Source: a virus (taxonomy: Duplodnaviria > Caudoviricetes). From it: DNA of 45,867 bases. Shown here piece by piece: positions 43,618 to 45,867 of this stretch (positions are counted from its first letter, which is position 1; each line of letters opens with the position of its first letter). A program made the translations under genes and the position numbers. The stretch is taken from the IMG/VR virus record IMGVR_UViG_3300046000_004867, positions 1-45,867 of that record. One strand, given 5' to 3'. The notes below the pieces were generated by a model. The model had not been told where the DNA came from, did not search any database, and worked only from the letters and a program-made list of their open reading frames with translations.

Positions 43618-44023
43618 GATAAACAAGATCCCAGGCCGGGACCTGCGTGCCCTGGTCGAGCTGATCGGGGAGCGGCGCATCGAGCGCGAGCTCAACGTCC
43701 ACCGCACCACCATCCGGCGCTGGTTGAGTGGGCAAATCAAAATCCCCGGCGCCCAGCACATCGCCATCAAGGCGCTGCTCGGGGATTTGCCAGGTACGGC
43801 GAACCAGTGGACCGGGTGGCGGTTCCATGATGGGCTGCTGTACAGCCCCGCCGGCGACCGCTATCGGTCGGGCGAGGTGCTCGCCATCGGGTTGAATCGC
43901 CAGATCTACAACGAGCTCGCGCGCGAGGTGCGCGACCTTAAAGCCAAACTGCAGACCGCCGAGCTCGCGCTCGAGCACCTGACCGAGGCGCCCTTAGCCC
44001 TGCCCCATCACGCCGACAGGTAG
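43610..44023 (+). CDS. HTH + DUF3653 protein, XafT-like Xer activation factor candidate
   Basis: RIERELNVHRTTIRRWLSG HTH followed by WTGWRFHDGLLYSPAGDRY (DUF3653-type W.GW.F..G.L.SP.G) and a coiled coil; start (GTG 43610) uncertain. Confidence 0.72.
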   Translation: MLEINKIPGRDLRALVELIGERRIERELNVHRTTIRRWLSGQIKIPGAQHIAIKALLGDLPGTANQWTGWRFHDGLLYSPAGDRYRSGEVLAIGLNRQIYNELAREVRDLKAKLQTAELALEHLTEAPLALPHHADR

Positions 44024-45228
44024 GTGCAGCTCGCGCGCAGGAAATCCCCCGACGCCCAGGTGAAGGGCGCGCCCGAGCTCATCGTGCCCGCCACGCCCTG
44101 CATGTAGACCACTCCATAGGTGGAGCTCGCCGCCACGTAGAGCACGCCCACCACCGGCGTGCCCGTCGCGTCGTACATCAGCGCCGAGCCCCACGCGGGC
44201 TGGGCCGAGGAGACCCCGGTCGGCAGGCTGAAGCGCCACTCGCCCGAGCCCATCGTCGTGGTGCTGCCAATGTCCAGCCCCAAGGTCAGCATGACCAGGC
44301 GCCCCTTGCGGGTGTAGACCCCGTACAGCGAGCCGTTGTTCAGTACCGGGTTGGTGCTGCCCCCGGTCCAGGCCGGGGTGTAACCCGTGGGGACGGTGTC
44401 GACCTCGTTCTGCTGGCCGCCACTTGAGTCGGTCAGCGTGCCGGTGATCACGTTGTCCGCGTAGCGCGACCCGATCCAGCCCGCGGCGAGCGTGACGGAG
44501 CTCGCCACCACGTTGCCTGAAAACACGTTCGACTGCCCGTTCAACGTCATGGCCGTGGTGCACGCAATGCGGTTGCCGATCACGATCGCCTTGGCGGTGG
44601 CCGCGCTCCACAGAATGCCCGCCGTGACCCCGTTGTCGCCGAGGGTGTTGCCAATGATGAAGGTGTTCTCGGCCCCGCTGATGTCGATGAACGGCCCGCT
44701 GCCCGCGGTGCAGTTCAGCACCGAGCGGTTGCCGTGTTTGTTGGTGCCGTCCGCGGGGAGCTTGATGCACACCACCGTGTTGGCCGACACCGCGAAGTCG
44801 CAGTCGGCGATCTTGCTGCCAAAGCCTGCCATCGCGGCGGCGTACTCCACGCAGTAGCTCTGGGTGTAGTAGACGCGGCAGTTGAGGATTTGCTGGTAGC
44901 CCTCGAACTCGGCGGTGAAGGGCAGGGTAATGCCGACGCCGGTGTAGTTGACGCTGTTGCCGTCGATGTAGAGGTCGACCACGCGGGCGTTGCGGCCCAG
45001 CGACACGACCGCACCGTTCGCGCCCTTGGCCAGGATGCTGCCCAGGCCCTCGCCCGCCAGCGTCTTGTTGTCGGGCACGTTGATGGTGGACCCGGCCATG
45101 AAGGTGCCCGCCGTCAGCACCACGCGTTTGTGGGTGGCAAAGGCGGCGGCGATCGCGGGTGCGTCATCACCCCCCGAGGGGGCCAGGTACTTGGCTAGTG
45201 TGGTTTGGTTGCTGCGTGCATTGCTCAT
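44008..45228 (-). CDS. Second tailspike-like beta-helix protein without T7-type anchor
   Basis: GGDDAPAIAAA..VVLTAGTF..LAGEG beta-helix entry; C-terminal YTPAW..GVYTRKGRLV domain resembles the first spike's C-terminus. Confidence 0.75.
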   Translation of the reverse strand: MSNARSNQTTLAKYLAPSGGDDAPAIAAAFATHKRVVLTAGTFMAGSTINVPDNKTLAGEGLGSILAKGANGAVVSLGRNARVVDLYIDGNSVNYTGVGITLPFTAEFEGYQQILNCRVYYTQSYCVEYAAAMAGFGSKIADCDFAVSANTVVCIKLPADGTNKHGNRSVLNCTAGSGPFIDISGAENTFIIGNTLGDNGVTAGILWSAATAKAIVIGNRIACTTAMTLNGQSNVFSGNVVASSVTLAAGWIGSRYADNVITGTLTDSSGGQQNEVDTVPTGYTPAWTGGSTNPVLNNGSLYGVYTRKGRLVMLTLGLDIGSTTTMGSGEWRFSLPTGVSSAQPAWGSALMYDATGTPVVGVLYVAASSTYGVVYMQGVAGTMSSGAPFTWASGDFLRASCTYLSA

Positions 45229-45620
45229 GGTCTCCCTTTCAACGCCGCGGCAATGCCCGGCACAATTTTCTCAGCACTGCGCCCGATCACGTAGCCGCCC
45301 AGGCCCAGTTCGACGATCGACCACAGCTTGAGGTACTCCGCCTCGCTCAAATCAGGTGCCGCCCAGCCGAACCAGCGCGCCACGATGAGTGCGCCAAAGG
45401 TCAGCATCAGGATTGGCCGCCACGACTGCGCAAGCCACGACTCGGACGACGCCTCGGCCTTGATGATCTCGGCGCGCTGGGTGAACTCGGCGAGCTCGCC
45501 CTTTTGCGCCATCTCGAGCATGGCGAGCCTGGCCTGGTCACGCTGCGCCGGGTCGGGCCACAGTCGGTCGATCAGTTTGCCGCCGACGTCCAGCGCCGCG
45601 GTGATCGGGTCTACTGCCAT
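45225..45620 (-). CDS. Holin, 3-TM family (DUF3154-like)
   Basis: GKLIDRLWPDP..IIKAEA..SWRP..LGLGGYVIGRSAEK; follows the lysozyme gene. Confidence 0.82.
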   Translation of the reverse strand: MAVDPITAALDVGGKLIDRLWPDPAQRDQARLAMLEMAQKGELAEFTQRAEIIKAEASSESWLAQSWRPILMLTFGALIVARWFGWAAPDLSEAEYLKLWSIVELGLGGYVIGRSAEKIVPGIAAALKGRP

Positions 45621-45867
45621 GTGCCGGTCTCCATCTGTAGTGCCAGGCGCCGGGCGCGCTCAGGTGTTTGCGTGGCCCACTTGGACAACAGCATGTTGTC
45701 GGCCGCCGCCTTGTAGTCGCCCATGCGTATCAGGCCGAGCGTATTCTTGAACGCGAGCAGGCCATCGGTGCCCATCTGGAACGCCATGTTTAGCAGCACG
45801 CCCTTGCGTGCGTCATCGAGATCCTGAAAGAACGGCAGCGCGCGGGTGAGTGCGTCGATGCGGTCGT
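45611..45867 (-). CDS. Endolysin, 3' part (joins 1-296 across the junction)
   Basis: VLLNMAFQMG..MLLSKWATQTPERARR, T4 lysozyme C-lobe motifs. Confidence 0.92.
   Translation of the reverse strand, partial: DRIDALTRALPFFQDLDDARKGVLLNMAFQMGTDGLLAFKNTLGLIRMGDYKAAADNMLLSKWATQTPERARRLALQMETGTWQ
45741..45867. repeat. Terminal direct repeat copy 2
   Basis: Identical to 1-127. Confidence 0.95.

Noticed and set aside
44008-45620. Spanin (Rz/Rz1) genes near the lysis cassette
   Set aside because: No convincing lipobox-bearing or nested ORF pair found by eye; absence not proven

Overview
The window is an apparently complete, circularly assembled genome of a GC-rich tailed dsDNA podovirus. It is about 45,740 bp; bases 1-127 are repeated exactly at 45741-45867. 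The minus-strand late arm resembles the BPP-1/epsilon15 layout: terminases, portal, scaffold, major capsid, cement, tail adaptor and nozzle, ejection proteins including a 2430-aa polyvalent protein, two beta-helix tailspikes, a T4-type lysozyme and a 3-TM holin. A P4/D5-type primase-helicase and a divergent cro/cI-like switch follow. The plus-strand early arm carries a DUF2800 nuclease, DUF2815 SSB, family A polymerase, VRR-NUC, SNF2 helicase, TraR-like protein, C5 methyltransferase and SLOG protein. No integrase is recognisable. Instead there is a 28-bp dif-like site with an intact XerC arm and core but a degenerate XerD arm (41093-41120), plus an HTH+DUF3653 (XafT-like) gene. Together these suggest a tailed phage that lysogenises at host dif using host XerCD, as TLC-class IMEXs do. 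Other notable signals: a six-copy late promoter GTGTCCGTG-N17-(T/C)AnnnT, two C4-like antisense RNA candidates, an MKK minigene, a nested beta-subunit ORF in the methylase, and ART plus metallopeptidase domains in the ejection protein. All family assignments come from motif recognition by eye; no database search was run.
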